From assembly GCF_001194135.2 (NCBI RefSeq), contig NC_068988.1, positions 26,566,088 through 26,599,393 of the forward strand: a DNA stretch of 33,306 bases, given 5' to 3'. The notes under the pieces were generated by a model that saw nothing but the letters and a program-made list of their open reading frames with translations, had not been told where the DNA came from and did no database searches. A program made the position numbers and the translations under genes. How positions within the stretch are numbered: position 1 is the stretch's first letter; each line of letters starts with the position of its first letter. The stretch is from Octopus bimaculoides. Lineage: Eukaryota. Below are positions 1 to 11,985 of the stretch, one piece after another.

Positions 1-879
1 AGTAGTTCTTTGACTGCTATTTCTAAATTTTCAGTATGTTGGAGAAGCAACTCAATTGCTAATCCCTGTATATTTATAATGATAAATAGTTTTACCGATA
101 AAGGTTTTTTTCATACTGAACTACTTGGCAAAATTGTTAATTATTAATTCTATTATTAATTGACGATTCTCTTCCCTTATTCTTGTATATATATATATAT
201 ATATACGCATGTATAATGCATACAGATAATCACACTTATTAAAATTTGTCTGTGTGTATGTGGTTCTGCTCACATTTTTAGTGCGTGCGCCCACACGCAT
301 GTATGTAACAATCAATGTCCTCAGATGTCACTATTTATATGCATTCATGCCAACAAAATTATGTAGCTGGCTGTCATCATAAAAGAAACAAAATATATTC
401 GTATGCGCAAACTCACAAACTTCACATAGATACATACATACATATATACATATCTTTGTGTGTGTGCGTATAGATGAGCCTCTGAGACACCAAGCACATA
501 AAATATTGTGTCATTTGAAGTAGGCCAGGTATTGATATTTTATTATGTCTATAAAATATTTCCATGGTCAGTAGGTTGCTGAACGTTGTCATAAGTAATT
601 GTTGTCTGAACACCGAATTAATATTCCACACAATGCAGTTTCTATACATCTCCTAACATCCATTTCAAGAGTTTATCACTAGTGCATGCTGTGTCAGTGA
701 TAAAATGCATTCATGTTCTGGTATTTTTGCTCTAAAAATAACTTTAATATGTCGAGTTTCATATAAAGAATTACCGCGTTACTGCACTACGTTCTCTAGT
801 AACCAGAAAATGTACGCAATACTAAATCATTTCTATATTGAATCGGATCTTCAATTTATTTTAATCATCAATTTCTAAC

Positions 880-1020
880 TTAGGAACAAGGCTTCGTAAT
901 TGATAGAGTTAGAACAACCATTTTATCGAACCTGATATTTGATTGGCATTTCATTTCTCGATCTCGGCGGGATTTAATCTCAAAACTGAAAGGGAAATTT
1001 CCAAATACCGCAAGGAATTT
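880..1020 (-). mobile_element. Old, degenerate tRNA-derived SINE copy (same family as 27653-27886)
   Basis: 958-986 TCGATCTCGGCGGGATTTAATCTCAAAAC matches the reverse complement of the 27.7-kb SINE (TCGACCTCGGCGGAATTTGAACTCAGAAC) at 24/29 by eye, and is followed by AAATACCGC as in that copy. Outer boundaries approximate. Confidence 0.65.
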
Positions 1021-2060
1021 TATCTGCCCCTTAATCAATTATTCCGAAAAATACATTTTCTATCTCTTCATTTATAACAAAAATGTGCTGTCCATTTTCT
1101 GACATATTCTTTTCTGTCTTGTAATTTCATCATAAATATTTTTTTTGTTATTTTCATGTTATTGTATGGATCTTCAGTGGATATTTTATGCACAAAGCAA
1201 ATAATCTTACTAAATGGCATGCACCTTAATACTGTACCATCGGTTCCACACATCAACGTTCAGGTCTCTCTGGTACTATAAGAAATATTACCTGAAAACA
1301 CCCAGTCATGTTTCATAACCCCTAAATATCAACATGAGGTCGTTCTTAAAAAATATTTTCCGCTTATACAAAACAAATTTTCATTCTATCACATTTTATC
1401 ATTTTTATCATCTTAGAAAATGACATATTGGATAATGAGATTCTAGTGCTATTCCAAATACAATAAACAGATGTTAACAACAGAATGCTTTTCAAAGTAT
1501 ACTTGATCAGGAATGATCTGGTACTACCGCATAACATCACCAACAGAAACTACATCAGATGCAGGTGAACAGGAATACATTGACTAATTGAGAGACTACA
1601 AGTTCCAATTATCACCCATCACCACACACGATTCATTTACTGTAAGTCAAATTTTTAAGCATGGGATTAGTCGATTCTCATTAACTCTAACTTCATATAT
1701 TCTTATCATCTACTAAGATACGAATTTTAGCATTCATTCATTTAGTATTGTATTGTGGACGGAGAATTGTCCTCTTTTACTGAGATATCGAGTAGATATA
1801 TATCAAAATAATAGACTATTTTTGTGCAGATCATGTAGAGTTTGAACTCTTGAGATTTACATTCAGACCAAACAAGAATTACACAAATTACTCGAGGAGA
1901 GAGGGTGAAATGAGATTTATTTAAATACTTTAAGGATTTATATAACATGCGAAGGTTATGCTTTTCAGAAACATGCTCAAAAGCAGATGTTTTACTCGCG
2001 GTACGAAATAAACAAATCTAATAATGCTTCAGAATATGAATTAACGAATTTATATATAGG

Positions 2061-2075
2061 TATGTGTGTGTGTGT

Positions 2076-2111
<36 letters not shown>

Positions 2112-2165
2112 GTGTGTGTATGTGTGTGTGTGTACGCGCTGTATGTATGTGTTTGTGTATGTATA
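2061..2165. repeat. Compound (TG)n/(TATG)n microsatellite
   Basis: Directly visible; produces the CVCV/HTHT ORFs 1987-2187 and 2050-2247. Confidence 0.95.
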
Positions 2166-2429
2166 TAGTCATTCTTTTGTGTATTAACAGTTTGTAGAAT
2201 ATGATAGATATCTTCAAATAGACAGGGAATAAAAACATTATTTTCAATCCACAGACTTTATTTTAATCTAATTTGTTAATAAAACAATTATCTTCTAATT
2301 AGACTTGGCATTGTACATATTATTCTACGGTGGGAAAATCAATAATTAATCACCTTCTTGTCTCTATACTTTTATCATTGAACTCAATATCATTTTAAAA
2401 CTTTCATGATTATATGATTAATGATACTA

Positions 2430-2510
2430 TGTGTGTTTGCGTGTGTGTGTACATGTACTCATGTATATGTGTGTGCGTGGGTATGTATGTGTGCGTGCTT
2501 GTGTCTGTGC
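2430..2510. repeat. Degenerate (TG)n microsatellite
   Basis: Interrupted TG/TATG/TGCG run. Confidence 0.8.
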
Positions 2511-4351
2511 GTTTCTTGAGTCATACTTCACAAAGACAAGTTAAGAAGATGACGATGTATATAAATATAACAACTGTTAGATACTTTAAAATTATTAAGT
2601 TTTCTACCGTTAGTATGTTATGAACACTTTTATAAAGTAGATTTATGGACATGTATTATTTTTCCTTGGTTTGCTTGTTAAATACAGCTTTTGTGGAAGG
2701 GGGTCCTGTTGCTCGTTATAATACTAAGCTCCAAACAGACAATAGTTACATCATGTTTTCGTTTCAATCAAGTAGATTATGATGTTATCTTGTTTTATGT
2801 CTAATGTAAATTCTTCAGTTAGATGATTTAATTGTTTCCTGCATAGAAACTGAGAAGAGTAATGTCACTTTTAAATGCTGATGTGTAGGACAATAGTGAC
2901 TAATGGCAACTGCTTGTCTCTGGTAAGTTAATTAAAGGAAATAAAAGCTATTCTAACAATACCACACATCAATGCACCTCGTGATGCAAGGCATCAAGTA
3001 CTCTCATTCCAGGTATCAGATGATAGATTCTAGATATTTGTTTCGTTATTTACAAATACGAGAATAAATTCCTGTCAGTTCTTTGTATTATAACCCTGTA
3101 CAGAAACAAATTTCCTGTATTGAAGACATATTAAACATATATTACGAAATAATCTCATTTATCAAAAATAGAAACCTGTATATGCTTGTGCATGCGAGAT
3201 ATGCATGTTTTTCTGTATGTGTGTGTGTATGTGTCACTGTGTGTGTGTGCCTGAATTGAAGAAACTTTGTTTCTAACAACGAAGAAATAACTTTTTCAAA
3301 AATATATTTTAAAATGCGGATGGTTGAAATTTTCAGAATTTTGTCATTAGAGAAGGTCAAAATTTACAGAATCTCTGCAGCGAAAATTGTGAGAACAAAT
3401 AAAGACTTGATAGAGAATATATTTCGATATTTCTTAGGGAAGACCATCAATTATATACTGTTTCTTTAGCGTTCCATACTTCTTCCATATCGGTTGCTAT
3501 TCTCTGGGATTCGAAACCTGATTTAGCATGTGTCTTTGAATTTGCCAGTGTCATAAAGTAATACAAGAAGAATAAAGAAAAATCAAATTTTTGGAAATAT
3601 ATAAGCGTGTAAAAAATATTTAAAAATAGCACTGGAAACGAAAACGACACTTTCTGTCAACATATAGGTCGCCTTGCAGTCGTCGCCTGCTATGTCAAAT
3701 ATCATTACATTTCATAGGCTATGAAAAGAATCTGACAAAAAAGACTTCTTATAATACGATATTTCTTTAAGATATATGTACTATTGTCATACCTATAATA
3801 CATAAAACACTTTGAAATATCACTACACATACTTACTTAAAGAAAAGGAAACACTATCAATATTAAAACAAACGTCTCAATATTTTATTTCACCACTTCA
3901 AATTGTCTACAGCAACGTCTTTGATAACTTAAGACAAGACGTCAATTAATCTATACTAAGTGAATTTAAACAATATGTTTGGAAGTTTTTAATAACCTAA
4001 ATGTATTTTATTACAAAATGTATTTCTTTTGACTGATATATTTTGAAATTACGTTAGTATTCTCCTGGTATTTCTTTATAATATCAATATAAAATAATGC
4101 ACTTTACAAAATATGTAAATGAATTCATATTTCTTTTGAAACATATTTCAGGAAAGTATATTTTGAGGAAGAAATATATTTTGATACTGGTAAATATTCA
4201 TTTATAATAACTGGAAAATATCACCTTTCTATGAATGGTTATTGTGGTTTTAGCTTTTAAAACACATCTAAATAAAATTGCAACGCAGCTCTTTTCTCTT
4301 CATCGAATACTAGAATTGTTCATCTTAGAATTTCTCACTACACGAGCGCCT

Positions 4352-4352
4352 G

Positions 4353-4392
<40 letters not shown>

Positions 4393-4635
4393 CATACATA
4401 CACACATACATATACATACATATGTGCATATACATACATACGTGTATATANNNNNNNNNNNNNNNNNNNNNNNNNNNNNNNNNNNNNNNNNNNNNNNNNN
4501 NNNNNNNNNNNNNNNNNNNNNNNNNNNNNNNNNNNNNNNNNNNNNNNNNNNNNNNTATATACACATTATGTCCATATATATACATACAAATGCCGAAATA
4601 TACATACACTTACACATACATTCATACATACATAT
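4352..4635. repeat. Compound (CA)n/(TA)n/(TACA)n microsatellite spanning assembly gap 4451-4555
   Basis: Directly visible on both sides of the N run. Confidence 0.9.
4451..4555. other. Assembly gap (others: 10798-10807, 16189-16450, 26818-27220, 28263-28429)
   Basis: N runs. Confidence 1.
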
Positions 4636-5989
4636 TAAAATCCATATACAGAATTCAAATCATGTTAAAGGATGTAAATCTATTTTTTATTCACAGGAAT
4701 CTGCGTAACATTTAAAATGGTACTTTCACAATACATATCAATAAACATATAAAAGACAAGAGCGCTTGTGGATTACATTTGAAAATAAATATTGAAGTTT
4801 GTGATAAGTTTATAATATAGACCCAATGCATTGATTTTTCTGGCATACACTTTCAGTTTCAAAAGTCTGTGAAAAACAAGACTACGTGTCTCTTCCTCAC
4901 CAGTAGATAAAAACAATTATGAAATATTAACTAACTGACTGAATACTGCTTCTATTTTTTTAAGCAGCTGCACTTTATTAGAAATTTACACTTAGAAATT
5001 TATTTTTATGTTGATTCATGAAATTACTTCTTTTCGTTTTATTGATTGAACCAATATATTCACTGACTCAATTCAGATTAACCACACTACGTATTAAATA
5101 AAGCTTTATGTCTTGGATAAGTGATCACATGTCTTTTTAAAAGTATTTATTTTTTTAGCTCCCCAAAAATATGAATTTGTTTTGTAATTTCACGTTTAGT
5201 TAAACGATACTTGGAAACATGTCATGAAATATCTCCGAAGATGCTTTAAATAATGATCAAGTTCAGATTTTATGAATTCAAACAACTGCTATGATACTCT
5301 TAGGAATATCAAGCTATCTTTCACAATTTCGGTTTGGAGGTCGTGATCAAAGATTCTACGTAACGTCAACTTGTTGACTGAGCAACAAATTCCATATTTC
5401 GCCATACACACACAAAATCATTGATAAATACTTTCAGCCAGTGAACTTAATAACACAAAAGAAATAACTTGTTATGCTGAATTGTATTACCATAATAATT
5501 ATAACATGCGTGAATTACTCCGTTTGAATATCTTATAAGTGGATTAAGACAAAATCGTCGTTATATGCGTATTGGCAAGCTACCAATAAGCATAGATATA
5601 GTAGAATTTCAGAAATATTATTAAAATTATGCTATCATTTCACACAACACGAAAACCTCTCAATCTCTTGAATAGACAACAATCACGACAGCTGCAAACA
5701 AGTCTGTCATGTGGCAACATATTCGCTGGGCAGATCTATTTATAAATTATAAAAACGCTATTGTAATACAATAACGGTTTGGTTTCTTTGCTGAGTACAG
5801 TCACTGGTGTGAAATTCCCTTATATCCGATGTTTTATATTATATTTTCAGGGTAGTAATATACTCTGAGAGCCGTGTCATTTTGTAAAAGTACATAACCG
5901 CATCTTGTTATGAAGGTATTAGCAGTGCGACACGTTATATGCTGAAGGATATTTGGCTGCATTGACCTCATATTGACATTGACTCACTA

Positions 5990-6868
5990 TATCTTTCTCC
6001 AGCCTGTAAAATCTACATGACACAAGAACAACTTTTGTTTTATTAGAAGTTTCGGGAGTCGTAAAGCTAGCTTTTCGGGCCGGAAGGCTACGTCAGTTGC
6101 TGATTATTACGACGAGAATACGGACGCGCTCGTCGGATTTTCGTTTTCACCGTACTCATAGAGCAGAGATATTGCATCAACGTTTGCCAAAAGCTTGGTC
6201 ATATTCAATCTCAAAACATCCAGAAGACTCGCTTGGCCTTTGGCGTTGATGACATGAATAAAACTCGGATCAAGGAGTGGCATAACCGCCTCAAATATAG
6301 CCGCACGTCATGGAGAGCGGGGAACCCTCGAGCAAGCAATCTACAAGCCGACATAGGGAGCCGATTGAGAAGGCTCGGTGAGTAGGCATGGAAGATTGGC
6401 GTGTAACAATTTAGATATTTTCCCTCCAAGTGTGGACAAGCACAGGATCAGAGCATTTCATTTTAACGGGTGATTTGTCCATGCGGAGAATGTCGGCAAA
6501 ATTCGTCCCCATGATGCTGGTGGCGCAGCGGAAGCAACTCCGTATGGAAATCGTTCAGGGCATGCCGAACTCTGCAAACCACGTTCAAAATTTCAGGAAG
6601 GCTATCACCACTGGTGATGAGAGATATGTTTATGGTTTCTGCTCAAGGCGTTCGATCTTCTGGTGCGAAAGCAAAAATCCGACGAACGTGCACTACACGT
6701 CTATCCTTTAGGCGTAACAACCGGAAACTGAGGCTACCTACCGGCACGAAAATTCTCACGCATGCGCAGGAAGGGTCACATCACACCTCTCACCCAAAGG
6801 ATTTTTGTCCACATGGATTAGATTTGCCGTGAAAAAATAAAGACGGATACTTTTGAACGCGCCTCGTA
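5990..6868 (+). mobile_element. Decayed mariner (Tc1/mariner) element, N-terminal half only, with an inverted 5'-end copy as its right terminus
   Basis: Manual translation from 6161: EQRYCINVCQKLGH...AFGVDDMNKTRIKEWHNRLK / (frameshift) STSRHREPIEKAR*VGMEDWRVTI*...GSEHFILTGDLSMRRMSAKFVP...KAITTGDERYVYG. This covers the mariner HTH region, the WVP-type linker (here FVP) and the first catalytic Asp (TGDE). A TIR-like end at 6843-6866 (reverse complement CGAGGCGCGTTCAAAAGTATCCGT) is followed by TA. Left boundary approximate. Confidence 0.9.
6161..6636 (+). pseudogene. Mariner transposase pseudogene fragment (HTH to first catalytic D)
   Basis: Frameshift near 6310 and in-frame stops; motifs EQRYC, MRRMSAKFVP, TGDE. 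Confidence 0.9.
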
Positions 6869-7735
6869 TATTACTGAAGAAGTACGATTAATATTAAAGC
6901 ACGAAATAATGATCAACCTCAGACAACTGGTATAAAATACGAGCTATAGTAATTACGACAAATAACAATGACACAAATTGTAACGTATGTCAATGTGAGA
7001 GATTATAATAGACAAAGACGTTTAGAAATATTCTGAAACAACTACCGAATACTAATTATAGACAGGATATATATCTATCCATATAAAAGGCACTGGGTTT
7101 TAACACAAATATACTCGTTATATGAATAACTACAACGGAGTAACAAGTGTTGCACTACAAAATCTTTAAAAACCTGAAAAGTGAACCTTTTTTTAATATA
7201 TTTGAATGGTTTGAAATGATATAAACATGTAAAAGCATGGTACATAATCATCTGGGAAGAAACTATTCAATCTAAATAGGAGAATAATAGCATTATATTA
7301 ATGACGGAGAGAAAAACTAGTTATTCTTAGATTGACAACTACGAATAAACATTTCGGCTGCTCAAAGTTTCACCGAAGACAGCCCAGACACTGCTACTGT
7401 ACAATAGTCCCAAATAGAAGTGAAACTGGTAAGGAAAATGAAAATTAATCCATGAGAAATATATTTGGAGTATGAGCTATGATAAGGAAGAACGTGTATG
7501 GAAAATTGAAAACCCTGGTAGGACATGCTACACTAACATACTGATGAGCAACCTTTTATTTGAGTTGAATAAATCACACAGTATGCACTTCCCCCTGTAT
7601 CAATCTTACACACCACTTACTGTATGCAATACATAGTCAGTAAGTTAGTATACACCACGCAACATCTACTCTACAGAATAATCATCCAACAGTATAACAG
7701 CTCTAATAGAAATGTAGGCGTTGTAGAAAGAGACG

Positions 7736-7792
7736 CTACCTACTATATATAATTTACGTTGCATGATACTACATACTATATATAATTTACGT
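7736..7792. repeat. Short direct duplication, 33-bp period
   Basis: TACTATATATAATTTACGT is identical at 7741-7759 and 7774-7792. Confidence 0.85.
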
Positions 7793-8661
7793 CTCTATGT
7801 TCCTTGAATGGCTCTTCTAATACTTAAGTGGACCGTTTCCGAGAATATTTGCACATCAAATGAAGAGCTTCATTTCACCGTCATTCCACTGCTGTCACGC
7901 AGTTAATATGCCTCATGAGCTCCATTCATTTCCTGTTAAACAGTGAAAATCAAAAGTGTTTATTTCAGTTGTTATCCTTGTTGTTGCTGTTGTTATTTGT
8001 TACGTTGGTGTTGTTGTTTTTTATTTTTCACGTACTTGTTTTGTAATTATTATTGTTGTTAGATCCTTACACAAATATTTAATCTGAACGATTGTCACCT
8101 CTACATGAACTTTTCCCGTTAATGTTCGCCAATAAATTAATAAATGTTAATTATTTCTCTCTAATAAATAAATCATGATTGTTCTCTGCACTTATAACTC
8201 AACTTTGGCTGAGGTTGCTGCACCGTATCCAATAGTTAACTATCTGCAGTGCAGAATAATTCGCAGCGGGGCGGCATTGGTTAGAACATGTACTACTTGG
8301 GAATTCTTCAGCCTGTAAGATTGTTTTCGAAATGAAAAATATTCATCTGGAGTATCAACTATTTTTCCTTCTTTAGTTTATTTAAACTTCACTCAAAAGT
8401 AAAATCTTAGATAAATACAGTGATATTATCGATTACCATTCGTACAGAGAAGTAAAGACATGAACTGGAAAATAATAAATGAGAAATGATGTTAATGTTA
8501 CTTGTTTTTAGTATTTTGTGTCAAAGGCAACTAAAGCCAAGTTGACCGGATGACCTTGTTGTATTGATTTATATTTTTAGCAGGAAAACACGATCTAACA
8601 AATTAACAGTTAATATGATGATGTTTAAATGTTCATGTCTATATTACCATACCACTAGTGT

Positions 8662-8713
<52 letters not shown>
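8662..8713. repeat. (TAC)n microsatellite
   Basis: Perfect run; source of poly-Thr in ORF 8564-8746. Confidence 0.97.
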
Positions 8714-9348
8714 GTTATTACTATTTTTGCGCTCAATAATGATTGATCTTTTAATCAAGAATAGCAGTTACAGTAACAATACACCTAACTTCGAAAATAA
8801 TTAAAGTGTATTGTCGACTAATTTCGCCAATGACTCACATGATGAAGTGCTCTATTTCGGTATAACTTCAATCTCATTCATAAGGCACTATTAACCTATG
8901 GCCTAGAGAAAGAAATATGTGTCGGAACAGTGGCTGCAATAAATAATATATATATAGAATCGAGCACAATGTTGGTGTAGAGGAAAGGCTTTTGTGATAA
9001 CTCAAACACTGATGACGGCAGATGTAATCAGACTTTGAATACAAGCGTCTAAAATACATAACAAATGAAGAATAAGCTGGCTAGTGGAATCTCAGTGGCT
9101 TCAAGCAAAAGTAAATCTTAGAATATGATTTAAAAAAATAAATTTAGTTGTTTGATTAACCACTTCGCTGATAATGGCTTGGTTCGAATTTCAAGGGAGC
9201 GCCAAGCTCTATTGCATAGCGTGACTAATGAATTTTATTTAAATTCTATAATGTGGGCAGCCATATATACGTAATTAAGAATTTCTCTTTGCAACCACAT
9301 ATCTTCAGGTTTTGTCCCAGAGTGCCAGAGCATGGATGTATATATATG

Positions 9349-9829
9349 CACCTTCCCAAAATAACAGAATCCAATTCAGTGTTAGCTAGTTTTGATGTAA
9401 CAAACTTATATACGAACATTCCACATGATTTGGGAATTACTGCCATAAGATATTGGATCGAGAAACATAGAGAAGCGATCCCCAGTAGATTTACTGCAAC
9501 CCTCATACTAGATGCGGTCAGCCTCATCCTCGAAAACAATGCATTCCTTTTCAATGGCAAAACAACTACCTCCAAATTAGAGGCACAGCTATGGTGACGA
9601 GATTTGCTCCAATTTTCGCGAACTCAGTGTGGGATACTTGGAAGAAAACCGAGATAAAAAGATTGACGAGTAGTACGGAATGACATTTAGCGGACATGTA
9701 GAGGACACATGGAAAATATACCTCAATGATTGTTTCGTAATTTGGACCAAATCCCTATAAAATCTAGAAGAATTCAGCACCTTCCTCAACAATCTACACC
9801 TTAATCTCAAATTCACAAGAGAAATGAGT
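9349..9829 (+). mobile_element. Penelope-like element (PLE) reverse transcriptase fragment, degenerate
   Basis: HLPKITESNSVLASFDVTNLYTNIPHDLGITAIRYWI...LILENNAFLFNGK / fs / NYLQIRGTAMVTRFAPIFAN / fs / GYLEE...WKIYLNDCFVIW...EEFSTFLNNLHLNLKFTRE. The motifs SFDVxxLYTNIP, QxxGTAMGxxxAP and YLDD (here YLND) are PLE-type RT motifs; two frameshifts and two stops. Confidence 0.88.
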
Positions 9830-10446
9830 GTACCCCATTCGAGTATAGAGTTATTGTTTGCAAAGATTTTTCCGAGTATAGGTGGTTTATGTGGAATTTG
9901 TTCGATGTATTTCTCATAAATCAGCCTTGGTATGATGTGAAAGAAGCCGGTGGAGGTGAAATACCATAGTAAATGAGGTAATTCATACAATTAAGTAAAC
10001 CGCTTTTTAAGGAGGTGACACAGCATGGACGAACTCCATAAAGTACAGCTAGTAATAGAATAACAAATTTAGAATATCTTAGAAAATATGTTATTTTAGT
10101 TATCTTAGTTTATCAACGATACGTTATATAGTAACGATAAAGTGCAATATACATTCGAAATGTTTAGAGAGAGAAAGAATATTGGAGCCATTATCATTTG
10201 AGATTAATATGCGCGTCACTATCTGGTGCAAAGTTGATCTAAAGATGAAAGATCTATTAAAGAGAAATACAGTGTTATGTTCATAATTGAGTAGGGTGTT
10301 TATATAAGAATATCACGTTATGCGATAAACATAATATTGAAAATATTCTACATTAAAACATAAATTAAGCATATAATAACATCAAACGTCATGTATATCG
10401 AATATTAATTGAGATAAAAGGAGGGAAGAACTATCAAATTTCTAAT

Positions 10447-10797
10447 TACATGGTTCCGGGTTCATTCCCACTTCATGGCACTTTGGGCAAGTGTCTTCTT
10501 CTATAGCCTCAGGCTGACCAAAGCCTTGTGAGTGAATTTGGTTGACGGAAACTGAAAGAAGCCTGTCGTATATATGTATGTATATATGTGTGTGTGTGTG
10601 TGTGTGCGCGTGTGTGTGTGTGTGTGTGTATGTGTGTGTGTGTTTGTCCCCCCAACATCACTTGACAACTGATGCTGGTGTGTTTACGTCCCCATAAGTT
10701 AGCGGTTCGGCAAAAGAGACCCATAGAATAAGTACTAGGCTTACAAAGAATAAGTCCTGTAAGTCCTGGGGTCGATTTGCTCGACTAAAGACGGTGC
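10447..10797 (+). mobile_element. tRNA-derived SINE with internal (TA)/(TG) microsatellite, 5'-truncated, 3' end at a 10-N gap
   Basis: B-box-like GGGTTCATTCCC (10458-10469), then a body, an internal TG tract (~10570-10645) and a 3' part ~85% similar by eye to 27245-27383. Recognised from memory as an abundant octopus-type SINE. Confidence 0.85.
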
Positions 10798-11907
10798 NNN
10801 NNNNNNNATATATATATATATATATATACATATATATGTGGGGGGGAGAGTAGGTATATGTTTTACAGGATAATGCTACGCAACTTTTCTTGATATTTTC
10901 GAAAACGTAGCACGTCTCTATATGAATTATCCCTCGCAGACAAACTGTTGTCAGTGAATGTCTTTTAACATAGAATTATAAAGAAAAACAGCGAATCCAT
11001 GTGATTTAATTTAGTTTAGTTGCCTTAACATATCGATGTACCACGCTAATATTATATATGTGAAACCGTACTGTAATATGTAATATGCAAATATCCATGT
11101 GTGGCATTATTACTCAGGCTTACGCTTAATATTCACAATATTAACAACCTTTAATGATTATCTTACTTATCAATGCGAGCTGACTAGAATATACTTAGCT
11201 AATGAGTTCTAATCCATCTAAAACCTACCAGTTACTGTCACAATTAACTTTATACATCATATTCAGTGAAACGTGTATTGCCTATATTTTCCAAAAATTC
11301 AATCATCTGATTTTGTGGGAATTAATACCTTTGCTCGTTTTGCTTTGTTTTAGATTTGATTTACACATTAAGTAATCACAGAAGATTAAACATTATTTGC
11401 TAATTGTACGTGAAACTATCGCATTACTCAATAAATGTTTATTAACCCCTGAGCCAACGACGTGGTTTGTACGCCGTCTATCGTTATCAAACCTCATTCT
11501 ATAATCTTAAAAGAAAGAACGTTTTGAATAATGCAGCTGTCGATAAAATGTCTGGATAAATGATGGGATGATCATAGATTTGCTTTGGCAGTACTAACCT
11601 TTGTCTAAATAACTACGCCAAATAAATATTTACGGTCGAGCATATTGAAGTCTTTATTCAAGAAAATACAATTTCAAATAAAAAATAAATTTATAAAATC
11701 CAATTGAATGAAAGCCAATACACGACGAAAATATATCAAACTCTAAGAAATATGCAATAAATGTCGATAAATGCACAAATCAAAGGCATTCTTTATACAA
11801 AATGCTAATATATGTAATCATTTCACCTTGTGTAAAATTAATAAAATTCATATCATCCAAGTTACTGACTATAAAACAATTATTTGCATTTAGTGTCTCT
11901 GATATTT

Positions 11908-11910
<3 letters not shown>

Positions 11911-11967
<57 letters not shown>

Positions 11968-11985
11968 TGTATGTATGTATGTATG
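11911..11985. repeat. (TA)n-(TATG)n compound microsatellite
   Basis: Directly visible. Confidence 0.95.

Noticed and set aside
673-705. 9-bp inverted repeat TTTATCACT/AGTGATAAA
   Set aside because: A short AT-rich hairpin, expected by chance.
1987-4715. ORFs rich in CV/HT/YI dipeptides (also 10509-10724, 11802-12068, 13393-13686, 26749-27324, 28184-28652)
   Set aside because: Translations of microsatellites and N-gaps; not coding evidence.
7351-7378. Minus-strand CGGTGA...CAGCCGAAAT, a possible fourth hammerhead remnant
   Set aside because: The CTGATGA box has multiple mismatches and there is no stem II; indistinguishable from chance.
7331-7428. Plus-strand exon candidate (TTCTTAG|...CTG|GTAAGG) with one open frame
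   Set aside because: No recognisable peptide, and joining it to the 2819-2922 candidate creates a TGA.
9181-9192. B-box-like GGTTCGAATTTC
   Set aside because: No A-box, cloverleaf or SINE body around it; no tRNA gene called anywhere in the window.
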